Positions 12,241-26,129 are shown, counted from the first letter of the whole stretch. The stretch is DNA of 57,593 bases, filler included, from Dugesia japonica (GCA_001938525.1; 5 parts of 5 records of this genome joined end to end with filler, not necessarily neighbours in it); one strand, 5' to 3'. Numbers and translations are program-made. The notes: generated by a model from the letters alone, not told the origin.

Positions 12241-13867
12241 TTGAAAAGAATATTAGATAGCGAGATAGATGGTCCACCAGCAAAGAAAATCAAACACGAA
12301 TGTATTGTAATAGACAAACCTGAAGATAATGAAGAAATGATGATTGATCTTGGGTTGGTTAATGATAAAGTCAAAAACTGGTTTGATTTTAAAATCACAG
12401 ACAAATTAAATGAAGAAGATATTATAATGCAAAATCTTTTTAAAAATAAAGAACAAGTTGTTGGCTATCTCAATGATGAAATGAATGAAGATGACAAAAT
12501 TTTATAAAGTTTTATCGAAGAAGAAGATGTATATATTGCAAATGATGATTCAGAAAATGAAGTAGTTATTGAAACAGATTTGTATCGCTGTCAGAGATTA
12601 ATGAAAATAGATGTATCAAAATGGATTTTAAATAAAATTTTGTTATCGGATTCAATAGTCACTCAGTTGTAGGAAAATATAGAAGAAATGAAACAAATCA
12701 AAATCCAATTTGGTATAAATGTTGAATTTATGAAAGATGAAGAAACAAAAACTTACAGATTATCTAATTATACTGTCTCTCTCTCAGAATCATTTTTAGA
12801 AGATGGAATAAAACAATTGAATAAGAAGATAGTTAATGAAAGAAGCAAAATGGGTTTTAGTTGGATATTAAGCCATATACTAGAAATAAATTTTAAAATA
12901 ACAAAAGTAGTAGAAATTAGCAGCAAATTGGGAAAGAAGAAAGTTATTGTTAACGTTAAAATAAGAACAATATACAGTATTCAAATACCATATTCTGGCT
13001 ATTCTTATATAAAAACAAGTANNNNNNNNNNNNNNNNNNNNNNNNNNNNNNNNNNNNNNNNNNNNNNNNNNAAGCCATATACTAGAAATAAATTTTAAAA
13101 TAACAAAAGTAGTAGAAATTAGCAGCAAATTGGGAAAGAAGAAAGCTATTGTTAACGTTCAAATAAGAACAATATACAGTATTCAAATACCATATTCTGG
13201 CTATTCTTATATAAAAACAAGTAGGAGAATGAAACAGATATTGAGCTACAAAAACATAAAGAATACATGTTCGAATTATTGTTTGATAAATGAGATATGT
13301 CAATAAAGCTTGCGAATATACCTGAGTTCGAGAGTCAAAATCCTGCTTATTCTATCTATGTCAATACCATAGAACTCTCATACTGTGGAAGTTGAAGATA
13401 ATGTTGTTATGAAACATTTAAATTTAGACATTATTCATCAATCGAAAGTGAAAGATGGTCAGAAAATCATTATGTTATTATTAGAAAATGGTAGAAAATT
13501 TTATTAAACGTTAGAATTTAAACGTATTGATGTATAGATATAAAAGATGGTGTTAAAATTCAATCAATTTGGTGCAAAACTTGTTTTAATGGTTTCTGGG
13601 ATAATATTGCCTATGAAAAAGAAACAGCTTTTAGACACATACAATTACATCACAAATTATTCTCTTTACAGCAAAAGAATAAACTCCGTCATCGGAAAAT
13701 TCAAATATGAGAGTAAAAGAAAGAAATATCAGGAGGGGATATTTTTGAGGTCGAAATTTTATAGCCTACTTAGCAAGAAGGAATCAAAAAAGGCTAAGAG
13801 CATATCATTGAAGAATACCCAAATCCCTCATCAGTTATACATTTTTATTTTCAGTAGAGCAATTTAG
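12241..13867 (+). pseudogene. Polinton protein-primed DNA polymerase B remnant (internally deleted)
   Basis: N-terminal KIQFGINVEFMK...GFSWILSHILEINFKI...KKVIVNVK. C-terminal VIGKFKYE...EGIFLRSKFYSL...KKAKSI, compare pPolB KKVIGKFKDE...EF..LRSK.YS...KKAKG. Confidence 0.75.
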
Positions 13868-15350
13868 AATAACATAAAAAAATCATCAGCTTTAAAGTAT
13901 TAAGAATAAAAAAGACAGCTCTTTTTTCCCCTCATAAATCGCTGGAGACAATCAATACAACTCTATCATGCTAAATCCAATTCAACATACCTTAAAGTAA
14001 TAAATTTATTTTCTTGATAATATTTAAATATTCCTATTCAGACNNNNNNNNNNNNNNNNNNNNNNNNNNNNNNNNNNNNNNNNNNNNNNNNNNNNNNNNN
14101 NNNNNNNNNNNNNNNNNNNNNNNNNNNNNNNNNNNNNNNNNNNNNNNNNNNNNNNNNNNNNNNNNNNNNNNNNNNNNNNNNNNNNNNNNNNNNNNNNNNA
14201 GTAAACAAAGTATGCACAAATAGAAAAAAGACAATGCACCACGACTACAATTTAACAAAAAGTATGAGTCATAGTTATACATTACCAGTGAAATATAAAC
14301 AAAGAACTGTTATAAACAAAATTAAAACTTAAAACTTGATTAATTACGTATTTATAAACAATTATAAACAACATTATNGATCACTTATCTTCATCTCTTC
14401 AAATTAATCATAAAAATAACTAATCTAAATCTAAGTAATTATTTAATAGTAGATGATGTTCAAAGAAATGATGTAAAAATAGTTGAAATAGATGATTTGA
14501 TCGAGAAAGAGATGAACGATACTCAACTAAATGATGTCATTATTGATGAAGTAATGTCTGATACTATTAAAAATAATGATATTATTGATGATAAAATGAT
14601 TGATACGCAGTCCAATAAGAAAATAAATGGTAAAAAATGACTTATAAAGACAAATTGATTGGATTTTTATGTGTGTAATAAAAATCATGTGTATATTTTA
14701 AATAAAATGTTCTCATAATTTCTTTTTGTATGTTATTTTTAAATAGTTATTTCAATTGAAATGCACAGATCTCGTTAAAATTCGTTAAAAANNNNNNNNN
14801 NNNNNNNNNNNNNNNNNNNNNNNNNNNNNNNNNNNNNNNNNNNNNNNNNNNNNNNNNNNNNNNNNNNNNNNNNNNNNNNNNNNNNNNNNNNNNNNNNNNN
14901 NNNNNNNNNNNNNNNNNNNNNNNNNNNNNNNNNNNNNNNNNNNNNNNNNNNNNNNNNNNNNNNNNNNNNNNNNNNNNNNNNNNNNNNNNNNNNNNNNNNN
15001 NNNNNNNNNNNNNNNNNNNNNNNNNNNNNNNNNNNNNNNNNTCAACCCTGACTACAAAGATGACTTAAATTACATAGATATCAATACATATGGATTGTGT
15101 GTGTGTTTTCTTTCATAAATTTTAATTAAATATTACATGTGTAATACAAATGCATGTTAACATTTTTCATAATCTTTTTAAAATAAATTTTATCTAATTA
15201 TAATTTATAAGTAGATTATTTATTCATTTTATATCTCCCTATCAATTCGTTAAACTGATTTCACAATATGATATATGTATTAATCATCTCATTACCATTC
15301 CAACAATATCTAGTGTGATCAGAAAATATGATTTTAAATGTGCTTTGACC

Positions 15351-17840
15351 CAGGGCTAGGGAGCTGGAGCACGAGCCGGAGTCAGGAGCCATGAAGCTGG
15401 GTGATTTTGATCATTTGGAGATGGAGCCGAAGCCAGGAGCTAAATCAATATTACTCCGGCTCATCAGTCCCGTTCGCTACACAAAACTGTTATAATATAC
15501 TTTAACGTTTAAAACGACATATGTATTTTTAAGAACTTTTGTATTTCGAATTTTTTCTTCGATTTTTTTCTTAAATTGGTTTTATGGAATTTACTTTACT
15601 GCGGACAATAACAAAAACAATTGCAATTTACTAGAAGAATTTAGTAGGACTTGATTAGTGATAGTGAGTTTAAAAAACAAAAAGAACATTTAACCTGATT
15701 AGATTTCAAACTGAGAATATCCAAAATCAAGTTTTGCTATTTTGCTATAAACGTTCAATTTTTAGATGATAATAATTTATTAACTGTACGTACGTTAGCA
15801 GTAAGAGACACAAAAGCGCAGCATACAATTGAGTTTACACGGGAATTAGTTGAAAAAGTTCTAAAGAAATTTAAAATTAGTAAGAAACGCGTCTTAACGA
15901 TTGTAACAGATAATGTAACAACATGATAAGCACAATAGAGAAACTAAACGCAAATTACACTGAAGATGGTATTGAGGAACAGAGTGACATTTCTCTAATT
16001 GCCGGTATAGAAAGTAGTGACACTAACTTTAGTGACAGTGAAAGTTTATCAAATGAATTAGAACATGTTATGATGAAAAGTATAACCTATTGTTTAACTA
16101 TAGATCACATGCGGTGCGTACATACATTACAGCTTGCCGTTCGTGATGGATTGACAGAAAAATATGCACATGCTTTAATATTAAAGTTACGTCACATTGT
16201 AATTGTTGCAAGAACATCTAAAATTAATGCAATATTAAAGCGTCGAGCAGGAAAATTTTTAATAATAGACCAAGAAACCAGATTGGGTAGTATTTACCTA
16301 ATGATTCAGCGTCTGCTTGAATTGAAAGACATTCTAACTGATATGGCTCATCCAAATATAACTCTAATGGAAGAACAATGGATTAAAGTAACGGAACTTG
16401 AATTAGTTCTCCGTCTCCCCTACTTAGTTACCAAGAGATTGCAAGCTACGGATTTGACCCCTGGCACATTTTATAAAGAATGGAAAACGATTTTTTTTAA
16501 ATTTTCGCAAAATGGGAGTTCCATTGCAAAACCAATTCAAATATCTCTGCAAAATAGGGAGATAAAACTGCTTGACAACTGTGAGCAGTTTTGGAAAGCA
16601 AGTTGAAATTTGTGTGATTGGTGATCTTATTTTTAAAATTTTCTGTCTAAAANNGAGATTAAATTATTGATGAAAAATTTAAATAAACAAATATTAGTTT
16701 AAGGATAAATTAAAATTATTGAATAATAAAGTTTAATTTTTTAAGAAATAAAAGTTTTAATTTTTAAATTTTAGAAAAGAAGATCACCAATTAAAACACA
16801 TGAATTTAATTTGTTTGTTTAACAATTAATGTTGGTTATAGTTTTGATTTTAATAAAGTATTGTTATGAATTCGGATTTTGATATTGATAATACGACGAG
16901 CTTTACAAACCCAACTAACAATAACAAAGTAATATTGGCAGCAATATACGTTGACCCAATGTACCGCATTACTTTAAGCGAGGAACAACTTTAAAAAGAA
17001 AAAGTGGCGTTAATTAATAATACAGTTAGGATGGAACGAGAAGATATGACATTAGATGTATATGTAGATCAGCAATATGAATCACCCATTACAATAGCGA
17101 GTCAGATTTCAATAAATTCCGCTTCTGAATATGAAACTGATAATGAGATTACAGCTTTTGAAAAGAGCCTTGATGTTGAACAAGCTAAACGACACCGAAC
17201 TGATAAAGAAAATGAATATATGGCTGTATTTCCAATATCTAAATTTAAACATGACTTCTGTAGTGCTTTGAATGAGGTAGAAAAAATAGATCGATCATCT
17301 AAAATAAAAGTAATAGAGGCTTTACCGCGTTACCTAAAAATAATTAAAAAAGTAGCTTATGCGGTAACTGCATTACCAACAACCCAAGTTAGTGTGTAGC
17401 ATTTATTTTCTGCCCTTTGCATTATACGTTCAGACCTTCGAGCATCGATGAAGGATGACTTGACTGAAGCTATATTGTTCTTAAGAACGAATTCATCTTG
17501 AATTTTGATCGTACATTGCTATTATGATATTATATCAATATTTTTATAAATATACTTTTTTAATATTTATATGTAAAAATACTAAATGTGAAAATTTTCT
17601 TTAAATGAATACATTTGTGAAATACTTAATTCTTATAAATTTAACCAGTTAAGTGCGTTTGAAGTATATATACGTTAAAATCTAAGTTTGTTTAATTTGT
17701 TTAAGATTTTTAGGAAAAATAAAAAAAAGCCCATAATTCAAATTGTATCATAGGAGCCGGAGCTACAACTTTCACTTGAAAAATTAGCTCCGGAGACGGA
17801 CTTGGAGCTAAGCCAATATTACTCCGCCTCCCCAGCCCTA
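15351..17840 (+). mobile_element. hAT DNA transposon with disrupted transposase
   Basis: Termini CAGGGCTAGGGAG and (rc) TAGGGCTGGGGAG with GGAGC(C/T)GGA subterminal repeats. Transposase motifs IVTDNVTNM, HMRC.HTLQLAV, DQETRLGSIYLMIQRLL and the dimerisation domain PTTQVSV*HLFS...EAILFLRTN. The 8-bp flanks (CTTTGACC/CATGAAAC) match poorly. Confidence 0.88.
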
Positions 17841-19183
17841 CATGAAACTATTAAAATAATAATTAATAAAATACTTCATATTTTTGCTTTGATCAATGGA
17901 TTTATAATGAATCATTAATCTTTCACGTAAAATATCAACCAAGTCTACTTTTTTCTATACTTTAGCTATTCTCTTGGTAACTGAATATTTAATATCGATA
18001 TACTCCACCATACTATCTTTAATTTATCAATATTCATTGTCAATAAGTAGAACTATTTAATTTTTGTTTATAAGATTTAATATCAGTTAATCATACACAC
18101 ATACATAACTATTTTCATGACATCCAAGGGTCAAAGGTAATACAAAATGTAATTAATCATACATATTGCATAATATAAACCATTGTAAATCAAGTATACA
18201 CATAAATAGTTACTATATAAACCAAGTCGATATACAATATTTCATTAATAAAAATGAAAGAATCAAAAGATATTGCAACAACCATTGGTTTCAAATCTAA
18301 GAAGACCTACTTCAGCAAGCCAATCACCCATTTCTTTCAAGTAACACTCTTTTTCATCATTAAAATTATTATGTTTTCATTTAGGAACAAGTAAATGTAC
18401 TCAAATCGAAATATAGCTTGCAGTTAACAAATATTTGCCAGGTTGATCAAACGGCTATTATTGATATTCTATCAAAATATGATAATACCATGTCAATAAA
18501 AGATAGTGCTTTCATTGATTCAAATAAAATAATCATCAGCAAATATGTGATCAAAGTGGATATACTAGGATACAAGAAAATAGGTAATGTTACAAAAACT
18601 ATTTGGGAGTTGAAAAAGGCAGAAATACGCATGCAACAAGTTATCTTTACCAAAGACAATGTTATGACAATTGTAATTGATTCTGAAATACCTCGAGAGT
18701 TATACCGATTTAAGATTAATTTCTTTTTAAAGCCGATTATTTATGCATTTCAAGTAAAATTTGTAACTATTATTACTGTTATTATTATAATTTAGGGATC
18801 GGTTAAACTAAAAAGATGTCCATTCAGCATGCAAATATTGGAAATCAGTTCAGAAAATCAAGAATTGATAATATGTTAAAAATAGATGATGCGCCATTTA
18901 TAAATGATCATGAATCGGATGAAAATAGCTGTACAAAGAAATAAAGTACTTGGTAGCTGTAATATTCAAANTATTCAAACGATATGACAATATAATTAGC
19001 CCTGTTTGAAAGATAAAAACTGTTCAAGATTTGTATTAATAAATGTTTTAAACCTTATTTTGTTTTCATTTAGTTATATACTATTTTGTATATTTTATTA
19101 ATGGTTTAAATAAAAACACAATCACAATTAACAGGATTTATTAAATATCACATTATTTGTTGTTTTCATACATTTGTATTGCA

Positions 19184-19440
19184 CTAGCTTTGTATTTTCT
19201 CGATTAAAATGTTCAAATCTGACATTATATTATAAACTTGCTTTTCATAATATAAATTTTTGAGACCAAGTATTACAACCTTTCCACTAGCAAATACATT
19301 AACACATGTAGGATTATATTTTAAAGGTCGCAATGCTAGAAATAATTCGGGTTCATACATACACTTGGTTATTCTTGCTAATTAAAAAATTAACTGATTG
19401 TCAAATTGACTACAATCAATCACTAATCCTCATCAAATGT
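19184..19440 (-). pseudogene. Divergent TATA-binding-protein-like ORF (C-terminal TBP repeat), intronless, 5' part frameshifted
   Basis: 19360-19184 translates as MYEPELFLALRPLKYNPTCVNVFASGKVVILGLKNLYYEKQVYNIMSDLNILIEKIQS*. YEPELF and F.SGKVV.LG are TBP signatures. At 58 aa it falls below the ORF-track cutoff. Confidence 0.75.
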
Positions 19441-19689
19441 TCATCTATAGTAATATTGTTGAACATATAATTGTTAGCAATGTTAATGTTCATTTGTTAA
19501 AATCTGTATGGTTGGAGAATTATGAAGATGATCAAGAAGCTCAGATAATAATCAAGAATGGAATGTTTAGTCAATATCGAATGACATAATTTGAATGAGC
19601 AGAATTCAGACAATTTGGAAAGTATGTATTTCAATAAAATAAATGATATAAACCAAATTAATTACATATTTAATATATTTAATTAATTA

Positions 19690-21781
19690 TTTTCTGAATT
19701 TAATACTATATCACTCCCCCCGTCAGATGGAGGAGCATTTAAAATAATGGCTGGACGAATTTTGTCTGTGGAAATTTGCTCTGCTTGTCCTTGTTGCATT
19801 TCTTCAATAATTTTCACATCTTCATTTCTCCAAGTTACCAGATATTGACCTACGTATACTGGGTGTAGTGGTCTTCTTAATTCGAGTTTTGATCCATACA
19901 AATTTACATTTATCAATTCCTTGTGGCATGAACGTTTTCGTGACTCCATGTGATCTGAGACAGCTGTTTCGAAATTCTGTTGGAACAACTGTTTGTCCGT
20001 CAGAGCATGATGGTACAACTAGGAAATCCAATACCGGGATACCAGGATACCGAAAACCGGGATACCAGTCAATTCTTTACGGTATTAAATACCGGCATTT
20101 CAGTATTTCAATCTTTACTTTTTTAAACAACTTTTTTATTAATATTTTTATCATTTATCTACTTTTCTCAATGATTGATTAATTAACATTTGTAACTTAC
20201 AAATTTTTTGTGTGATTTCTTTTGTGAAAATTTTTAATAAGCACAACTTTGGTAAGTTTATTTAAATTAAATTTAAATATTAAAATTTTTATTAGTCATA
20301 TAATTTTAATTTGTATTTTCAATAATCTAATTTAGCCCATGGAAAGTCCGAGTATGAAGTTTGTTCATCATTCAAAAAGCAGAGATGAAAGTTCGGTCTG
20401 GATTATCTTTCTCAAAGAAGAAAAAGGAGGTTACGCGAAATGTAAGAAATATACAAATATTATAAAAACTCGAGGTGGCTCGAATAGCGGCCTCCATACA
20501 CATTAAAAGATCAAACATGAAGTAATATCATGAAAACGAGTTGCTGCTAAACCTGTAGTTGGATCTAGTTCAAAATCTGATAAGCCTTTTACAAAAATTA
20601 CAAAATACTTTAGAAATAACAAGGACGACTCACTAGCAGCGATCCTAGCTAAAATAATAGGACGTGATGGGCTTCCATTCAAAATCTTTATAACATACGA
20701 TGATCTTCGAAAATCACTGAAAGCTTTAAATTTAAGTGATAAACCTCCAAAATTAGCCACCACCATACAGAAAATCGTCATTAATTATAGCGAAACCAGT
20801 CGTCAATTAGTAAGTACTGAAATTTGGATTGTAAATTAAAAGGATAGGGGTTTAGTTTAGTTAAGGGGTTTAAATTTAATTATTATTTCAAAATTTTTAT
20901 TGAAATATATTTTAATGAATTGTGATTTTTAAGTTCCTTATGTTTAGTTTAATTAGTATTTTAATGAATTATTTTTATTAATTTATATTGCAAAATAAAT
21001 AAATGTAAATTTTTATACATTACCAATAAAAATATGAATAATTTTTGAAAAAAGTGTGATTCAATTAATTTCTTTGAATCCCGGTTTTAATACCGGTATA
21101 CGGGTATTATAACTCTTTAATACCGAAATACCGGTATTGATTTTTCGTCCGGGATTGGATTCCCTAGGTACAACAATATCACCTGGTAAACGGAAATGCG
21201 TCCCAAAGATTTTTTGGCATGGTGATAACTCTGAATCTTCACATACCGCGTTACGGATTCCTAACATTGTTAATGAAAGATTTTCTAACCAACTACGTCC
21301 AGCATTAATTCCTTGAGTACACAGAGCATTCTTTAGAGACCTGTGAAATCTTTCTATTTTTCCATTGCACTATGGGTCGTATGGTGTTGTATGCTTATGT
21401 TCAATTCTAAAATTATTGCAGAAATAGTTAAATTTTTCAGAAATATATTGTCTATCATTGACGCTTACTTTTTTCTCTGGTACTCCGAAGCGATATATCC
21501 ATTCTTTAGTTAAGGCTTTAAGCACGGATTTGGATGAAATTTCATTCAGAGCCACTACCTCTGTCCATGAAGTATCACGATCAATCATTGTTAGTATAAA
21601 CTTTTTGTTTTGAATGATTGGTAACCAACCAAATACCTTGAATTTTCATGGATTCGGAATAGATCCTAACGGTGCTTTTGTGTGTCTAGTAATTCTATTA
21701 GCTTGACATATCTGACAAAATCTGCACCATTTACGAATTTGGGATTTCATACCTGGCCAAACATAATGACTTGTTAGTAAT
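19690..21781 (-). mobile_element. Ty3/gypsy LTR retrotransposon integrase and 3' end, interrupted by a hAT element
   Basis: YVWPGMKSQIRKWCRFCQICQ, LTMIDRDTSW, WIYRFGVP, HTTPYDP.CNGKIERFHRSLK, LGIRNA, RRPLHPVYVGQYLV. Polypurine tract GACGGGGGGAG followed by TG near 19713. Confidence 0.9.
20020..21166 (+). mobile_element. Internally deleted hAT element with BED zinc finger and perfect 8-bp TSD
   Basis: TIRs TAGGAAATCCAATACCGG and (rc) TAGGGAATCCAATCCCGG. TSD GGTACAAC at 20012-20019 and 21167-21174. ATACCG subterminal repeats. Remnant SVWIIF...AKCKKY...KTRGGSNSGLHTH*KIKH and DGLPF. Confidence 0.93.
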
Positions 21782-21881
21782 NNNNNNNNNNNNNNNNNNN
21801 NNNNNNNNNNNNNNNNNNNNNNNNNTTAATTAATTAANNNNNNNNNNNNNNNNNNNNNNNNNNNNNNNNNNNNNNNNNNNN

Positions 21882-22562
21882 AATTAAAACTTTGTATTCG
21901 TTATTAACTGGGATCCATAAATTTGCAAGTTACGAATTTTATTAGGATTATTATTAATTTAACAATCATTTATTCTTTTGCTATATTCCAAAATTATTCC
22001 ATCAAAAAGTAAAATTTAAATAATCCTGTTTTCATTTCAATAAATATTTAATATTCATATTTATTCATTTAAATATTATTATTGATGATTGCTACACATT
22101 ATTTGTTTTAATTATCATCTCGTTCTAGCCCAACATAAGCATTAATGAAACGTAACTATTAATTAATAAATTTATCTATTTGAAGTGTGAGATGTCATTC
22201 ACTTGTTTAAATTTTCAACATTTGGTGGAATTTTTTTTGGTGGAAATCGACGTCAAATTCAATCTATTTCTTTGTTTCATCTTGTTTAAAGTGACTGTTG
22301 AAAATCCGCTATTGCATAAATAATTGTAAGAAAATGAAAGATTGATTTAAAATGCTTTGTCAATTAAAACTTTGTATTCGTTATTAACTGGGATCCATAA
22401 ATTTGCAAGTTACGAATTTTATTAGGATTATTATTAATTTAACAATCATTTATTCTTTTGCTATATTCCAAAATTATTCCATCAAAAAGTAAAATTTAAA
22501 TAATCCTGTTTTCATTTCAATAAATATTTAATATTCATATTTATTCATTTAAATATTATTAT
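21882..22562. repeat. ~200 bp direct repeat with 480 bp period at a contig start
   Basis: 21882-22082 is essentially identical to 22362-22562 and abuts a linker. Confidence 0.85.
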
Positions 22563-23110
22563 TTAATTATTATTTATATTTTTAATGTCACGATTGAAGA
22601 AAGATCAGCTAATAAATTTTCTTTAATTATAGATAGGGCATTCCTTTTATTTGTGAAATTGAATGGATTATTACTGAAAATATTCCTCAAATTTGATTGA
22701 AAAATTTTTTCAATGATTAACTAAAATTATAATTAAATTAGTGCAATTGTAATGTTCGTTTTTCTTTTCAGCTTCAATCAGTTGATTTGTTAAGCCGTTG
22801 AACTTTATGAAATGTTTGTTTTTAATCCTCTAGATCCATAAAATATGCAAACATCATATGTGAACAGCATAAAGTATCTTTTCTTTTGTCCTTCTATTTT
22901 TTATAACTATCAAACATTGTTTTCTATGTTTCTTGTATTGACAAGTTCAGCTCATTCAACCGTTGAAAAATATCTGCAATATAATTTCATGATATACTCT
23001 ATTTATTTGAAGAACGGAACTAGATCACAAATACAGTTATTTCATCTCTTCATTCATATATTCTCTTTGATATTATTCTGCTGTAATCATTTCGCAGTCT
23101 TTCGTGCTTT

Positions 23111-23450
23111 TGTTGGGATCCATAAAAACTAAAATCATAAACATACTGTAAAATATTTAAAATCACAAAATATGCGTACACACAAGACACACCAAATACA
23201 AAAAACAGCCTTAAGCCATAATGGATGGTGGACAATGTGCGATCCAACCGTAACTACAGTATCTCGAAGATCCAACAACTAAGACTATATTTCTCCAAAT
23301 ATTTGATTTTTGTAACTTATTTATTCTCAAATGTGAGCAGAACTGTGCTTTCAGACTATCTTTGTTATTATGTGAATGTTTAACATTTATTTCTATACAT
23401 CCTTATTTGAATGTAAATAATTCCATTATATTAATAATTAATTAATTTTA
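23111..23450 (+). repeat. LTR-like segment (TGTTGG start, AC-rich then T-rich); similar segments near 40541, 40866, 52493 and 56213
   Basis: Shared TGTT(G/T) start and compositional architecture; this copy is followed by a gag remnant. Termini and TSDs not resolved. Confidence 0.35.
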
Positions 23451-23559
23451 ATAATTAATAATTACCATTATATTTGAAAGGTTTTGCCTTGAAGGCATAA
23501 AACATATTGGAAATATCCCTGATAAATAGGATGAATTGGTTTAAAAATTGAAAGAAACG

Positions 23560-24200
23560 ATCGTAATACCTAAGGAACTAGAGAGAATTCACATTCAGAA
23601 ATTTAGAGATAGAATTTAAAGCAAAGATGAAACAGTAGGAGAATATATGTATGAATTAACGGAACTATTTTTAAAGCATTTGGAAATGGTGATCATATTG
23701 AAAGAATATTGGAGAATCAATTTTTAAATGGTGTTTATACATATATAAGATTTACTTTAGCAACTGTGGATTATCAAAACGCGAATGGATTAATGAGTAA
23801 AGCGAGGAGGATAGAACTCAAATACAGAAACTAACGAAGGAGCGTCAAATCAATATTAATATTAAATCAATGATAATGATAAAACTAAAACAATAGTGAG
23901 AGGAACAGATGAATGGAACGATATGAAAAAAGCTTATTCAGATTGTCAAAATAACAGAATAGATAAAAACCCGATTAGATGCGTAAGTCAAAACAATGAA
24001 CCAAATTCCAATTTTAGTAGAAATAATAAAAGAGGATTTATTCCTAGAAGGGGAATAACAATAATAACCGTGATTTGAAACGAAATAATACTTTTAGACA
24101 AATTAATAATAATGGGCAAATCTTATGTTAAAAGTGTGGAAAATACCAACGTATTGCAAGGAAATGTTAGAACCAAAGTTTCAGTCCAAGAGATAATTCA
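23560..24200 (+). pseudogene. Retrotransposon gag remnant
   Basis: FRDRI*SKDETVGEYMYEL..L...AF...QFLNG and a decayed knuckle C*KCGKYQRIARKC. Confidence 0.6.
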
Positions 24201-25919
24201 GAAAATAGTGTTTCATTCAATTCAGGCACAAAAGAAATGAATTCAATAGAAGTTATCACAAATAGTGATTTTGAAGATCTAGAAGCAGAATTACAAGAAA
24301 TAAAAGTAAAATATGATAGATTAAAAGAATGAAAAGAGAAATCAGGAAACAACTATTTCGATATTTTTGAAATAGAAATGAACGATAATACTGAAGCAAC
24401 ATAAACAGTTGCTGATATTAAAGCATATTTCAGACAGCAAAAATTGTTAGTAGAGAATGTGAAAAATGAAATAAATAAATCAACCACAAACGAATTAAGA
24501 TTGGTACAATATTTAAAAGATTTAAATGATTATAGAATGGATTACAGAGAGTTTAGAGCTGTTATAACATTTCTGATTAACTTGATATGGAAGAAAATCA
24601 AACATTAATAAATACAATAATTAAGAAATAAAAAGTAACATTTCTTCAAAATGACAAGAGCTGCCAAGAGCCTTTTCCTGTATAAGTAATGCCGAAACAA
24701 GATTGTAATTTAAAACTTTTTGACGTTCGGTGGAATTGTTGGTAGAGCTTTATTGACTTTCAGCTGCAAACCAGTAAGTGTTACATTAACTGACAACAAA
24801 AAAGGCACAAATGAATTGCCAAACATACACAAAGGAGTGTAAGTCTATTTACTGCCTGTTACAAGATTTTGGAAGATAAACATTTTACAGATAAACCTAA
24901 AGAGATTGGAATAATACTGGATAATACGGTAATACTGGATCTCTTATACAAAGTTAATGACGATATATGAATTACTATGTCAGATAGAAAATCTTCTCAA
25001 AAAGCATTAGTATTAGAAATGGCATCACTGGATATAAAAATGGAATTCCACATTTTTATGATAAGAAAAACAATGGGATTTACTCAAAAGAATACAAAGG
25101 AAAAAACAAAGAAACATGTCTTATTTCTTATCACCAGAGAAAGAATACTATCGATAATGATAAATAAAATTGCAAAAGGTAGCAAGGGGGTGAATTAAAT
25201 TTTGAATAACTCTTAAACAAAGATCATTTCAAACGATCTATACAAGGACTTGTTGAAAAATTCCTTGGAGGGATGCTATGGTTTGGTAATATATTTTCGT
25301 GTATTATTGGGTTTTACTACTTATTCGTTTTAATAAAAATAGTCGGCCATCAGATATTATCGCTAAAACAGCTTCATGCGATTCAAACTTATTTGGAAAC
25401 TAGCTTTATGCTTTTTTCCTTTTATAGCCTAGCATATGATAGTTAAAAACCATAATAGAAGAATTATCAATCTAGATAAACATGATTAAAGAATCATCTG
25501 TTTCTATAAATTGATCAGAAGATAATTTGAACGAAACAGAAAGAAAAACAAAATGATAGTCAATACAAACTAAATTCATGCTAACTACAATCGTCAAATT
25601 ATCAGAAAAATCAAAGTCTATATTAACCGGTAAAACAAGGCTTTGAGCGCATCAATCAAAATACCACACAAACGAATCAAAAGGAACCATTAACAACATA
25701 AATAATAGTTAAAAACACTGAAAACAAAGATTTCGGTAGGTCTTTTATTTCAATCTTCATAAAAAATCAAGTAATAATGGTATTATTTTATGGTATTAAG
25801 GGCACAAGCTTTTATTATTCGCGCAATATTCCTATACAGTATTCTTTGAAATTTTAGCAAATAAACCATATTGTGAAACTAAAGGGAAGATACCACCGCA
25901 AGACGAAATTCTAAAGACA

Positions 25920-26030
25920 GAAGCGTGTTTTGCTGTGGAAAAACTAGTCATAGAAGAATGAATTGCCTATTTAAAGGGAAATACCTAATTTGTGGAAAGG
26001 AAGGTCATAGTTCTCGACATTGTTTATTAA
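25920..26030 (+). pseudogene. Gag zinc-knuckle (CCHC x2) remnant
   Basis: CFCCGKTSHRRMNC...ICGKEGHSSRHC. Confidence 0.6.
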
Positions 26031-26129
26031 TTCGAGTAAAAGATATCCAAATTTGGATTTTTCGTTACAACATTATCTTCATTTTCCATCGCACGAGTGT
26101 TCTATGATTGCATATTAATAGTCCTGAAT

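Noticed and set aside
10470-13220. Near-perfect duplications at 10473/10703 and 12870/13072
   Set aside because: They abut N gaps and are almost identical, so most likely overlap artefacts of gap filling.
17845-18060. Possible SF3 helicase remnant next to the TBP-like ORF
   Set aside because: No Walker A/B found; the resemblance required assumed frameshifts.
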